From IMG/VR virus record IMGVR_UViG_3300044611_002466, positions 1 to 64,000 of that record: 64,000 nucleotides of DNA; one strand, written 5' to 3'. Both the position numbers and the translations under genes were made by a program. Source of the stretch: a virus. This document shows positions 27,947 through 37,433 of the stretch, piece after piece. The notes beneath the pieces are model-generated. The model was not told the origin of the DNA, did no database searches, and saw only the letters and a list, made by a program, of their open reading frames with translations. Every line of letters starts with the position of its first letter. Position 1 is the stretch's first letter.

Positions 27947-30514
27947 ATGGCCATCGAAACTGATTTCACCATCGACCTGACGAACAAGCGCGTCTACCAC
28001 AGCTCGGGCACCACGGTGTACTCGGTGAACGCGCTGTACACGTTCTTGATGGACACCTTCGACGAGGAGGTCTACGCGTCGGAACCCGTGCCCATGTCGG
28101 CCCAGACTCCGACGGAGTACAGCTGGATCAACGGCTGGTTCATGGACGATGCCTCCCACCAGTACCTGTACGGCGGCGCGATCAAGACCGTCGGACTCTC
28201 CGGCGAAGTGCAGGTCATCACCTTGATCGCGAGCGGCTACACCAGCGCCATCGCCGGGGACATCGGGAAGGTCGTCACCGACGACGGCGGGAACACAGGC
28301 GCGCTGCTGGCCTACGACAACACCCTGCGGAAGTGGTGGGTCCGCTGGGACACCACGGTGGCCAGCTCGTCGGTCATGGCCATCGCCTCCGGTACCGGCG
28401 CCGGAACCTCGGTCGCCAGCGGGTCGGTGTCGGGCGAGGACCTCTTCTCGAACGTCTACACCCTCGGGACCATCGCGAGCGACCCCTACCCCCAGATCTA
28501 CGCCTACCAGAACGGGGCGCGGATCGCGGAGTGGTCGACGCTCTCGAACTGGAACCCCGGGCACATCGACGTCCTGCTCAAGGTCAAGGAGGCGGGCACC
28601 CTGATCGACTCCGGGCTCGTGACGATCGCCGCGCGGCAGGCCGGTGATTCGTTCAGCACCTACGCCGTCGATCTGTCCGGCGGCGGGCGCAACGCGGTCT
28701 CCCTCACGACCGCGACCGATCTGGGCGAGGCCACCGGCGAGCACTACCTCCTCTACGACGCGCAGTCGACCACGTTCGTCGTGAACGAGCGGATCAACGG
28801 CGCCACGAGCGGTGCGACTGCCGAAGTCGTCGCGGACTCGGATGCGGGCACCACCGGCGTCCTGACGCTCCGCAACGTGCGTGGCACGTTCGCCGACAAC
28901 GAGAACCTCCGATCCGGCGCCACGGTCCGAGCGGTCGCCAACGGCACCGTCGGCGACACCCTGCTCACCTACGACGCACAGAGCGCGAACTTCACGACGA
29001 TCGGGCAGGTCCTGACGGGCGGGACCTCCGGGGCGAAGCGCCTCCTGCGCGGCCAGCAGGACAACGGCACGTCGGGCTTCCTCGTCGGCCAGGTCAGCCC
29101 CTCCGTCACCGGGACCGGTCGGGATGCCTACTACAAGGCCTTCGTGAACGACGACGTGGTGACCGGGGCCTCCGAGGGCTCCTGCACGCTCAGCGCGGTG
29201 AGCACCACCCTCGTCTCCGGGTGGAGCGACATCACCGTCGCCTTCGTGAATGGCACGGCGACCCACGGGAGCATCACCGGGACGTTCATCCCCGGCGAAC
29301 GGATCACCTACACGGGCGGCGACGGCATCTTCCTGCTCGAGGCCGCCGGCACCGCGACCCTCGGGAACATGGCGCTCACGGCGATCAACGGGCTGGTGCT
29401 CACGGGCGACCTGTCCGGGGCGACCATGACGGCGAGCCAGAACCTGCAGACCGCGCACACCGTGGTCCGGGCCTTCGAGCAGCAGAGCACCTACCCCTAC
29501 GACGTGATCGTGGAGTGCGGGGAGATCTACAACGCCGGCCGGACCCTGGCGCAGGTCTACGAGTACCTGAAGTATCTGACCCATGATGGACAGCTCTTCC
29601 CCTTCTTTACCGTCGTCGCAGGTGTGATCACGCAGGTCAAGGGAGAAGACTACGATCAGGCGTACGCCGGCTACGCCCCGCTCGGCACGGCCCCCTTCGG
29701 GACCTTCGCGGGCGGGGTGCTGTTCGGGGCGCGCGGCGTCTGGTTCCAGGGGATGGCTTCGGGCCAGACCTACCAGGTCATCGACTCCGACGGCACGATG
29801 CGGGCGCCGTACGCGAGTGTCACCATCTCGGTCAGCGGCGTCGTGTCCGGCGACCGCGTGTCGGTGTTCCGTACCAGCGGCGGCGTGGTGGACGAGGCCA
29901 TCCTCTCGTCGCACGCCACGAGCAACGACGCGGGGGATGGTGTGTTCGACGTCACCGCCGCGATCCCCACCGACACCCCGGCCTCCGGAACGCTCCGTGT
30001 GGTCGATGGGGGTACGAAGCAGCGGTACCGGTACTCGAGCTGGTCGGGGACCGCGTTTACGCTCGCCGCTGCCCCGTCTGGTACCGCGGATGCCGGCTCG
30101 ACGTCGACGGTCCTCGAGGACGCGGCGAGCGATTTCGTGACCAACGCCCGAGTGGGCGACGTGATCCGCAACGTCACCGATGGAAGCAGCGGAGTGATCA
30201 CCGCCATCGGGGACGCGACCCATGTCACAGCCGTGCTGACCGGGGGAAGTGACAACTCCTGGCAGACCGGGGACACGTACGCCATCAACGTGCTCGATCG
30301 GAACTACGACGGCTCTGCCACGGCCTACGCGCCCTTCATCGACGAGACGGCGGCGGCGACGTCGGTGTCGAAGACCGTGCTCTACTCCTCCGCGCGCGAT
30401 GTGGTGGTGCGCGTCCGGAAGAAGGGCATCCTCCCCTTCGAGGTGTCCGGGTCGGTGTCCTCGTCCGGGCTGTCGGTGGTGGCGTCCCGGATCACGGACT
30501 CCATCGTCTCGTAA
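27947..30514 (+). CDS. Beta-rich virion structural protein (tail/baseplate appendage)
   Basis: 855 aa; repeated YDAQS..F...G.TSGA modules; GGAG RBS. Confidence 0.65.
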   Translation: MAIETDFTIDLTNKRVYHSSGTTVYSVNALYTFLMDTFDEEVYASEPVPMSAQTPTEYSWINGWFMDDASHQYLYGGAIKTVGLSGEVQVITLIASGYTSAIAGDIGKVVTDDGGNTGALLAYDNTLRKWWVRWDTTVASSSVMAIASGTGAGTSVASGSVSGEDLFSNVYTLGTIASDPYPQIYAYQNGARIAEWSTLSNWNPGHIDVLLKVKEAGTLIDSGLVTIAARQAGDSFSTYAVDLSGGGRNAVSLTTATDLGEATGEHYLLYDAQSTTFVVNERINGATSGATAEVVADSDAGTTGVLTLRNVRGTFADNENLRSGATVRAVANGTVGDTLLTYDAQSANFTTIGQVLTGGTSGAKRLLRGQQDNGTSGFLVGQVSPSVTGTGRDAYYKAFVNDDVVTGASEGSCTLSAVSTTLVSGWSDITVAFVNGTATHGSITGTFIPGERITYTGGDGIFLLEAAGTATLGNMALTAINGLVLTGDLSGATMTASQNLQTAHTVVRAFEQQSTYPYDVIVECGEIYNAGRTLAQVYEYLKYLTHDGQLFPFFTVVAGVITQVKGEDYDQAYAGYAPLGTAPFGTFAGGVLFGARGVWFQGMASGQTYQVIDSDGTMRAPYASVTISVSGVVSGDRVSVFRTSGGVVDEAILSSHATSNDAGDGVFDVTAAIPTDTPASGTLRVVDGGTKQRYRYSSWSGTAFTLAAAPSGTADAGSTSTVLEDAASDFVTNARVGDVIRNVTDGSSGVITAIGDATHVTAVLTGGSDNSWQTGDTYAINVLDRNYDGSATAYAPFIDETAAATSVSKTVLYSSARDVVVRVRKKGILPFEVSGSVSSSGLSVVASRITDSIVS

Positions 30515-30526
30515 GGAGGGAGCTTC

Positions 30527-31045
30527 GTGGCCACGATCACCTTCAACAAGCCGGACCGACGTATCGAGGTGGACTCTCTTGTCCGCCCGATCGTCGTCAC
30601 GGTCCAAGAGCTGGTTGATGGGATCCGTGACTACGAGAGCGAGCTCGTCAACATGGAGCTCCCGCGCATCGCTACCATCACCGGGAAGGACAATCTCGGT
30701 GGTGGGGCGTACACGGGCATCACGTTGCTGCTCCATGGGTGGACTGTGCGGTTCGCCGACCACCAAGGCCCGGACTTCACATGGGCCAGGGTGACCGGCG
30801 GAAACCTGCTCGCGGTCGACGAAGAAGGTGCCGCGGTGTCCGCCTTCACCCCGAGCGCCTTCACGTCGATCCAGTACGCGGCATCCACGGCCGCCTCGAT
30901 TCTCGATGTCTCGACGCAGAACCCCTGGGCGCTGCCCACGACCGGCAATCAAGAGTCCGGCACCATGGGCGGTAGTATGAAGGGCCTGGAGGACAACCTC
31001 GCTCGGGTTAAGCGAGACACCTCCATCATCCCCGCGCTCCTCTGA
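30527..31045 (+). CDS. Putative structural protein
   Basis: 172 aa; AAGGAGG RBS; co-transcribed with the preceding gene. Confidence 0.7.
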   Translation: MATITFNKPDRRIEVDSLVRPIVVTVQELVDGIRDYESELVNMELPRIATITGKDNLGGGAYTGITLLLHGWTVRFADHQGPDFTWARVTGGNLLAVDEEGAAVSAFTPSAFTSIQYAASTAASILDVSTQNPWALPTTGNQESGTMGGSMKGLEDNLARVKRDTSIIPALL

Positions 31046-31091
31046 TCGCCATAGACTCTCTGCAGGGGCCGACCTGCGCCCGGAGTGCAAC

Positions 31092-33371
31092 ATGCCCTAC
31101 CACGCCACCCTCGAGCTACTCCTGCTGAAGGACCGCACGTCGGCCGACCTCGAGACGGTGAAGGTCGCGGCTGCCCTTGGTCGGGTGCCGGATGACGAAA
31201 AGAAGTGGCCTGCCCATGTGTTTTCGGAGCTCTGCAAGGAGCTCCCCTACCTGGCGCAGTACGACATCGAGATCGTGATCGATCGCATGGATCCCGAAGC
31301 CGGGGCGGCCCTGGGCTACGCGCAGATTCAGAACAAGACGCAGAGCCGTCCCCAGGAGGCAGCGGCAGCGGCGGGAAACGTGATCCGCGTCCCGATCATC
31401 ATCAAGGAGCGGAGGCTGCAGAAGTTCTACATCTTCGAGGCCGGCGGTCAGACCTACCCGATGGGAGAGGCGCGCATCCAGCAGGCGATGCTGAACCCCC
31501 TCATCTTCGACACGGACGCCACGAGAGCTCCCTCCTCCCCGAGCCTTCTCGACCAGATCTACCCTCCCGGCCAGCAGCGCACCGGGTTCGGGCGCGTGAC
31601 GGACGCCGGGGCGATGGGCCTCACGAAGCTCAATGACGCCCCCATCGAGGCGTACCACCAGTACCACAGGGTCTTGAACGAAGCCCGCGATGTGCGCGCT
31701 GCAGCCCTCCGCGGCGGAGCTGAGCCCGCAGCGGCGCACAAGGCCCTCCTGGGGCATTTGGCCGCCCACGGGTACCACACGAACGACAAGGGGAAGGTCC
31801 GCGTCCCGACGACACCTCCGTCGGCAACCCCGGGAGCCACTCCGACCGTCGGGTCTGCCGCCCGTACCGAGCTACGCCCGCCCCAGCCCCAGGCGGCGTC
31901 AGCCACAGCGGGGGCAGCGACCCACTCTACCTGGGTGGCCCCGCACCCAGCGGGCCAGACCGGGGCCTCTACTCGCTCTACCTGGGCAGGCCCGCACCCG
32001 GCTGCTGACGCCACGGGAACGCTCACCCGGGCCACCGAGGTAGTCCCCCGCCCTCCTGTGACCGCAGCGGCCGCTGCTCACGCTGCACCTGCTGCGCAGG
32101 CCGCTGTCCACGGTGCGCAGGCCGCTGCGGCACACCAAGCCCCGGCTGCCGGACGGGCAGCGGTGAACGGGGCGGGCGGCATCATGCGTCACCTCACGGG
32201 ACGCAACGCGCTCATTGCCGCCGGGGCCACCGGCGTCGTAGCGGGTGGAGGGCTGCTCGCTCACCACCTTCTGAAGCGGCCAGCACCGGCGCCAGCTCAG
32301 AAGAGCGCCGACGCGCCCATCCCGCTCTCGGCGGCGGCCGCTGGACTGCTGGGCGGCTACTATCCCGGCAAAGCATTGGCCGGGCACACCGCTGCGGGCA
32401 TCGCCCCGCATGGGTACAAGACCCGTGCTGACGACATTGCCCGCAAAGCTGCGATCGTCGCGGGACCGGCTGCCGGCATCCTGGCACTCGTCGCCGCGCG
32501 GAAGTACGGATTGACCAGGCGCCTGCAAGGCATGCACATGGACCACTTCCCCGCCGGACTCGTCGGAAACTCGGCGGAGGAGCGCGCCCTTCTGGGGTTC
32601 GCAGCTCCGACGCTCGCCGGCGGCCTTGGTACTGTTGCAGGCGGTGTTGCCACCGGGGCAGGCATCGGGGGTGTTGCGCGCGTGAAAGACATGTTGACGC
32701 GTCGTGCGGCAGAGAAGCAGGCGGAGCACACCCCAGCTCCGGACCCCGGCGTTGTGGCGTCGTCGCTGCAGCCCGTCCTGGCAGCGCTTCTTGCACTCCA
32801 TCAGTTCTACTTCTTCGCCCACTGGACCAGCCAGGGTGAGGGGTTCTACGGAGACCACCAGCTGTTCACGCGGCTGTACGAAGGTGCGCAGGAGGACTTC
32901 GACAGCGTCGCCGAGCGCCTCGTCGGACACGGTGGCAACCAGGCGCTGGACCCGGCGGCCATCTTCACCCAGGCCTCTGCGATGAGCGCGCAGTGGATCG
33001 GAGAGGGCGCCAGCATCCCCTCAGCCGCGCTCGTAGCGGAGCAGGCAGTGCAAGAGGCGTTGACGAACGCCTACGGCACGATGGACCAGAGCGGAGGCCT
33101 CTCGCTCGGCATCGACGACCTCCTCATGTCCCTGGCCAGCAGACACGAGGGCAACCAGTACCTGCTGAAGCAACGGGACCCCAGTGGTGGCGCCGTCGCG
33201 GCTCCGCCTCAGCAGCTCGAAGTTCCGGACGCGCCGGCTCCGCCCACGCAGGAGCCTGCTGCCGTAGCGGCCCCGCAAGAAGCACCGCCGGCAGCCCCCG
33301 CACCCGCCCAGCCCGGCGCACCAATCAAGACCGCCAGCCTCCGCTCCTTCTTCGCGAGGATCTCCGAATGA
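31092..33371 (+). CDS. Multidomain head protein: N-terminal globular domain, Gly-zipper segments, Dps/ferritin-like domain, separated by KxA sites
   Basis: VKVAA, QKSAD, EKQAE, IKTAS; HWTSQGEGFYGDHQLF...D..AER. Confidence 0.7.
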   Translation: MPYHATLELLLLKDRTSADLETVKVAAALGRVPDDEKKWPAHVFSELCKELPYLAQYDIEIVIDRMDPEAGAALGYAQIQNKTQSRPQEAAAAAGNVIRVPIIIKERRLQKFYIFEAGGQTYPMGEARIQQAMLNPLIFDTDATRAPSSPSLLDQIYPPGQQRTGFGRVTDAGAMGLTKLNDAPIEAYHQYHRVLNEARDVRAAALRGGAEPAAAHKALLGHLAAHGYHTNDKGKVRVPTTPPSATPGATPTVGSAARTELRPPQPQAASATAGAATHSTWVAPHPAGQTGASTRSTWAGPHPAADATGTLTRATEVVPRPPVTAAAAAHAAPAAQAAVHGAQAAAAHQAPAAGRAAVNGAGGIMRHLTGRNALIAAGATGVVAGGGLLAHHLLKRPAPAPAQKSADAPIPLSAAAAGLLGGYYPGKALAGHTAAGIAPHGYKTRADDIARKAAIVAGPAAGILALVAARKYGLTRRLQGMHMDHFPAGLVGNSAEERALLGFAAPTLAGGLGTVAGGVATGAGIGGVARVKDMLTRRAAEKQAEHTPAPDPGVVASSLQPVLAALLALHQFYFFAHWTSQGEGFYGDHQLFTRLYEGAQEDFDSVAERLVGHGGNQALDPAAIFTQASAMSAQWIGEGASIPSAALVAEQAVQEALTNAYGTMDQSGGLSLGIDDLLMSLASRHEGNQYLLKQRDPSGGAVAAPPQQLEVPDAPAPPTQEPAAVAAPQEAPPAAPAPAQPGAPIKTASLRSFFARISE

Positions 33372-34882
33372 GTCTTCCCACCAAGATCGCCGGCAAGATC
33401 CGCCAGAGCGACTTCGACGTCTTCGAGGGCATCTTCAAGGAAGCGGCGGTCGCCGACCTGCTGCCTCAATGCCCCACGGTCCTCGCCGCGCTCAGCAAGA
33501 TCGCGTCGAAGGGGGTTGGCTCGCGCATCACGGTCGCCAGCGCCACCAAGCTCGCCGACCGCGACCGCTTCGACGTGATCCAGATCCGCCCGACGGAGTT
33601 CGGCTACCTGGTGAAGTGGGCGGCAGCGCCCGACGGGGTGGAGCCCCAGGAGAAGGAGCTGTCGGTGCCCCAGGCGCAGAAAGCCCTCCCTCCGGAGGCG
33701 CTGCAGGCGGCGGACCAGCAGGGCGTCGCCACCTTGACCGGTGTGCAGGCCGAGCCAGACCCGCTCATGGAGTCTCCGACGCCCATTGAAGGCTTTGGGA
33801 TGTACAAAGTGACCGACACCGCCGGTAACCAGGTGGTCGGGTACGTCATCCCCTCGCTCTTCGACCCCACCACCGGGCAGCCCACGCCCATGAAGCTGTT
33901 CGTGAATGGCAGCGCGTTCGCACTGCAGCCAGACATGGCCGGCGTGCTCGTCGGCGTCAGCTACAGCCTGCCCGAGGGTCCATCCGAGCCCCGCGGCATG
34001 GGCGTCTTCTACAAAACCGACGGACGTGGCATCATCGCCACCATTCCGTTCAACGTGGCGAACGCGGTCAGCGTGGAGGGCGTGCGGTACTACTCCGCGA
34101 CGACGATGGAAGGACAGCCCGTTCAGATCACTCCGAGCGAGGGCCTTGTACGTCCCATCGCTGCGGGCCCCGCCGAGATCGCGATGCCGCCGGACTACGT
34201 CTGGCTCCCGCTGAACGGGCAGATCCAGCTGCAGGGCGCGGGCGCGGACCCGATGCAGCAGGCCAAGACGGCCTCCGCCTCGAGCGCCGCCGTGATCCGT
34301 GCGTGGACCGACGGCCACGGGAACCTCCAGGGGGTACGGCTCAACGGGCCGGTGTTTGACAAGATCGGCTCCGGAGTCCACGACGTCCCGAACGCGCTGT
34401 TCTACCTCGCGGCGTCGGGTATGCCTCAGAACTTGGCGCTCGCCGTCATGGACAAGGCAGCCTCGGAGGGGACGGCGCAGTGCATGTACGGGCTGCGCCC
34501 ACTGTCCGTGCGCTCGGCCATCGTGAAGGAGGCGTTCGTGGACGCCTACGCGAAGCTCGGCACGCGCGGCTACGCGATCCCGAAGGCCCCCTGCCTCCTC
34601 AAGGAGGCCATGGCCATCGAGATGCACAAGGAGGCCAAGACCTTGGTCGGGGTCGACTCCCTGGACACCCTCCTCGCGGTGGGCTTCATCAACCAGGAGA
34701 ACATCCAGGACTTCGTCGACATGCTCCCCGCGCTCGAGGAGACCGCAAGCAAGCTGGCGAGCCTCACCTTCGCCGTGCAGATCGGCCTGCAGTCCGTACC
34801 GGAGTCGGCTGTCGTCCGCGCGATGACGTCGCTGGACGGCGTCATCACCGGCCTTCAGGGACTCAAGACCTACAAGCTCTGA
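33368..34882 (+). CDS. Head protein with about 10 KxA motifs
   Basis: ATGA overlap with the upstream gene; TKIAG, FKEAA, SKIAS, TKLAD, AKTAS, DKAAS, VKEAF, LKEAM, HKEAK, SKLAS. Confidence 0.75.
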   Translation: MSLPTKIAGKIRQSDFDVFEGIFKEAAVADLLPQCPTVLAALSKIASKGVGSRITVASATKLADRDRFDVIQIRPTEFGYLVKWAAAPDGVEPQEKELSVPQAQKALPPEALQAADQQGVATLTGVQAEPDPLMESPTPIEGFGMYKVTDTAGNQVVGYVIPSLFDPTTGQPTPMKLFVNGSAFALQPDMAGVLVGVSYSLPEGPSEPRGMGVFYKTDGRGIIATIPFNVANAVSVEGVRYYSATTMEGQPVQITPSEGLVRPIAAGPAEIAMPPDYVWLPLNGQIQLQGAGADPMQQAKTASASSAAVIRAWTDGHGNLQGVRLNGPVFDKIGSGVHDVPNALFYLAASGMPQNLALAVMDKAASEGTAQCMYGLRPLSVRSAIVKEAFVDAYAKLGTRGYAIPKAPCLLKEAMAIEMHKEAKTLVGVDSLDTLLAVGFINQENIQDFVDMLPALEETASKLASLTFAVQIGLQSVPESAVVRAMTSLDGVITGLQGLKTYKL

Positions 34883-34889
34883 GGGGCGG

Positions 34890-35777
34890 ATGGCGGCCAA
34901 CGTCTTCATACACCCCGCGCATTATTACGCTCGGTACTTGGTTCTTCTCATGGACAACCCGTACAAGGAGTTGAACCCCGCGCTCGAACTCTGCGGACTC
35001 GCGGAGATGGACAAGCTGCAGCTCGAGCTGGCGGTCTCCGACATGGCGAGCCCGCCGCCGGACTTCCGTCCATGGGACCGGCAGCACGCGCCCTCCGTCA
35101 AATGGCTCCGCCAGAAGAAGGTCTACTCGCTGCTTCACCAGGACTCCGCGGCGGAGGGCATGTCGGCCATCGTCGCGCATCGGCGTATACGCGAGGCGAT
35201 CGAGCGCATGCTCATCGGCAACGTGAGCCACGCGGAGATCTCCTTCCACCTGAAGAGCCTCGGGTACTCCGTGGAGGAGGCAGCAGTCGCCGACTTCCGG
35301 CACTTCTTCTGGAACACAGAGATCATGGGGGGCGCCGACTGGGCGCACTACTTCCGCGAGGACGACCGCGGCCGGACGCGGGACTTGCAGGGCCAGTACG
35401 CCGCCGCGCGCATCTCCGGCCCCCAGTTCGCGCTCTATCGGTCCGGCATCAAGGTGGAGGTCGACCGGCGCAAGGTCCTGGAGGAGGTGCACGACGAGCT
35501 CTACCACACCTTCCTGGAGGTACGTGCGCTGCCTACCTCCGAGAAGAAGGTGGAGATGCTGTCCACCATCTCGCGCAGCCTCGTGAAGGTGACCGAGCGC
35601 ATCGAGGCTGGCGACAGCGCGCTGTCTGACGTGCTCCGGAAGTTCGAGAAGTTCCGGATGGCCTCGAACGCGGAGCCGCTGCCTACTATGCGGCAGCTTG
35701 CCCCCACGGGAACCGTGAGTGATAGGGGGAGGCGTGTACTCACCACCACGGCCGACAAGGAGCCCCATGCACAATAG
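34890..35777 (+). CDS. Hypothetical helical protein (possible small terminase subunit)
   Basis: 295 aa; HTH-like segment and amphipathic C-terminal helices; function is a guess. Confidence 0.55.
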   Translation: MAANVFIHPAHYYARYLVLLMDNPYKELNPALELCGLAEMDKLQLELAVSDMASPPPDFRPWDRQHAPSVKWLRQKKVYSLLHQDSAAEGMSAIVAHRRIREAIERMLIGNVSHAEISFHLKSLGYSVEEAAVADFRHFFWNTEIMGGADWAHYFREDDRGRTRDLQGQYAAARISGPQFALYRSGIKVEVDRRKVLEEVHDELYHTFLEVRALPTSEKKVEMLSTISRSLVKVTERIEAGDSALSDVLRKFEKFRMASNAEPLPTMRQLAPTGTVSDRGRRVLTTTADKEPHAQ

Positions 35778-36192
35778 CCTCGCCACTGCCCCCGCCTCCA
35801 AAAGGGACTTGGTCGCCGCGTTCGCCGCGGGCGTGGAGACCTTCAAGCGCACTTCGCTCTCCCTGGACGTGAGGGAGACGCTGGAGGGGGAGTTCTGCAC
35901 CACCACCGCGGTGTTCAAGCCCAACGGCGACATCATCTTCCAGCTGTTCCCCGTGGACTTGAAGCAGCTCGGGGGGGATGAGAAGGGCCGGGCGTTGCTC
36001 AGCGAGCTCGTCGAGGTCTACTTCTCCGTCACGGACCGCTTCTCCGCCGACTGGGTGCCCGAGCTCAAGAGCTGGGCCCTCAAGGCTGGCGGCTTGGCGA
36101 ACGCGTTGAGCTACGACAAGACGCATCATGTCGACGGCTTCGCCACCTACGTCAATCAGGCGCTGGCCGACCTCAAGGGGATGGCATCGTGA
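35767..36192 (+). CDS. Hypothetical protein
   Basis: AAGGAG RBS before ATG 35767. Confidence 0.7.
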   Translation: MHNSLATAPASKRDLVAAFAAGVETFKRTSLSLDVRETLEGEFCTTTAVFKPNGDIIFQLFPVDLKQLGGDEKGRALLSELVEVYFSVTDRFSADWVPELKSWALKAGGLANALSYDKTHHVDGFATYVNQALADLKGMAS

Positions 36193-36593
36193 TCCGCTCG
36201 AACACCTTTCCCACCGCGTTCGCCCTGGCCTCCTGGATGCGTGACTCGGGCTACGGCCCGCAGGACATCACCATCACGGGCGGGCAGAACCAGTCCGGAC
36301 ACATCGACATCCTCTATGACGACGCGGACCCCACGGGCGTCGCGGCCGGCGCCGGCGCCGCGAATGTGGACCTTGCGGAGGGCGCCAGGCTGCAGCGCAT
36401 TCGCGTCTCCGCAACGGGCGGCAACACCACCCTGAACATCCTCGGGCTCGGCTCCTTCACCATCCTCAGCGGCGACACGTTCGAGATCGACTGGGAGGGG
36501 CGCTACGTCGGCACCGGAGTGGCCGCAGCAGAGAACCGCATCGCGATCGGCGCCAACAGCCTCTACTTCGTGAGCTGGCTGGATCGGAGTTAA
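36189..36593 (+). CDS. Hypothetical beta-rich protein
   Basis: 134 aa; GTGA overlap with the previous gene. Confidence 0.7.
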   Translation: MIRSNTFPTAFALASWMRDSGYGPQDITITGGQNQSGHIDILYDDADPTGVAAGAGAANVDLAEGARLQRIRVSATGGNTTLNILGLGSFTILSGDTFEIDWEGRYVGTGVAAAENRIAIGANSLYFVSWLDRS

Positions 36594-36595
36594 AG

Positions 36596-36623
36596 GAACG
36601 GCCCCCTCAGGAGAGGGCCGTTC
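36596..36623. terminator. Hairpin between convergent blocks (possible bidirectional terminator)
   Basis: GAACGGCCC-10 nt-GGGCCGTTC perfect 9-bp stem; CTTTA follows on the minus strand. Confidence 0.55.
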
Positions 36624-37230
36624 TGCATGCCTGCTCTCGGTGGTGCGGGGACATCCCGTACTTCCGGAGCGCGGCGATGTGCACGCTCGTCTGCTTGCCG
36701 CCCCCCGCGTACCCCATGTTGGAGTCCCAGCGGTACACCGGGAACTCCTGGTGCAGCTTCAGCATGAGGTCGTCGCGGTAGGTCTTCGCGATGATCGAAG
36801 CCGCAGCCACGAGCCAGAACTTCGAGTCCGCCTGGGGGATCACACGCTGATTGACCCTCCAGCTCAGACCTTCCACCCGGACGCTGCCGTCGACCACGAG
36901 CACGTTCAGCGGGGCCTCCCCCTCCACCACGTGCAGCGCCAGGAGCTTCGACCACCTCAGCGCGCCGCTGTAGCCCCGTCTGTCGATGTCCTCGGCGGAG
37001 ACCTCCCCGATGCCCACGGAGGCGCCCTGCTCCACGAGCCAGGGCATCAGCCGCCCCATGATCTCGGCCCTCTGCGCTGGCGTGGTCTTCTTCGAGTCCC
37101 GTACCCCCGGGACCGGCCACCACGCCTGAAAGTCGTCGAAGTTCGCCGGCGCGTCTACCGCGACAGCCACCGAGACCAGCGGGCCCGCGAGAGCTCCGTA
37201 CCCAACTTCGTCCAGGCCCGCGTACCTCAG
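36607..37230 (-). CDS. rnhB: Ribonuclease HII (probable CTG start)
   Basis: YAGLDEVGYGALAGP, VRDSKK, VVDG, ADSK..LVAAASIIAKTYRD, NMGY, SPHHR. Confidence 0.92.
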   Translation of the reverse strand: MRYAGLDEVGYGALAGPLVSVAVAVDAPANFDDFQAWWPVPGVRDSKKTTPAQRAEIMGRLMPWLVEQGASVGIGEVSAEDIDRRGYSGALRWSKLLALHVVEGEAPLNVLVVDGSVRVEGLSWRVNQRVIPQADSKFWLVAAASIIAKTYRDDLMLKLHQEFPVYRWDSNMGYAGGGKQTSVHIAALRKYGMSPHHREQACRTALS

Positions 37231-37433
37231 AGCACACCACCGGCCGCGGCGAACCCCACGCGGGCCACATCGAGCAGGCGTTCGCGTACCAGGCCTGCCG
37301 TGTGAATGACCTCTTCTGACATCCCGGCAGGGTGCTTGAGGACATCAATGGCGGTGTCAAACAGCACCCTGTCCGCCGGATGTAGCCAGTCGCGTGCATC
37401 ACGGGAGAGCCCCTTTTGCAGCTCGGGCGACAT
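37227..37433 (-). CDS. Hypothetical protein, 68 aa
   Basis: TGATG coupling to the upstream gene; GGAGG RBS. Confidence 0.65.
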   Translation of the reverse strand: MSPELQKGLSRDARDWLHPADRVLFDTAIDVLKHPAGMSEEVIHTAGLVRERLLDVARVGFAAAGGVL

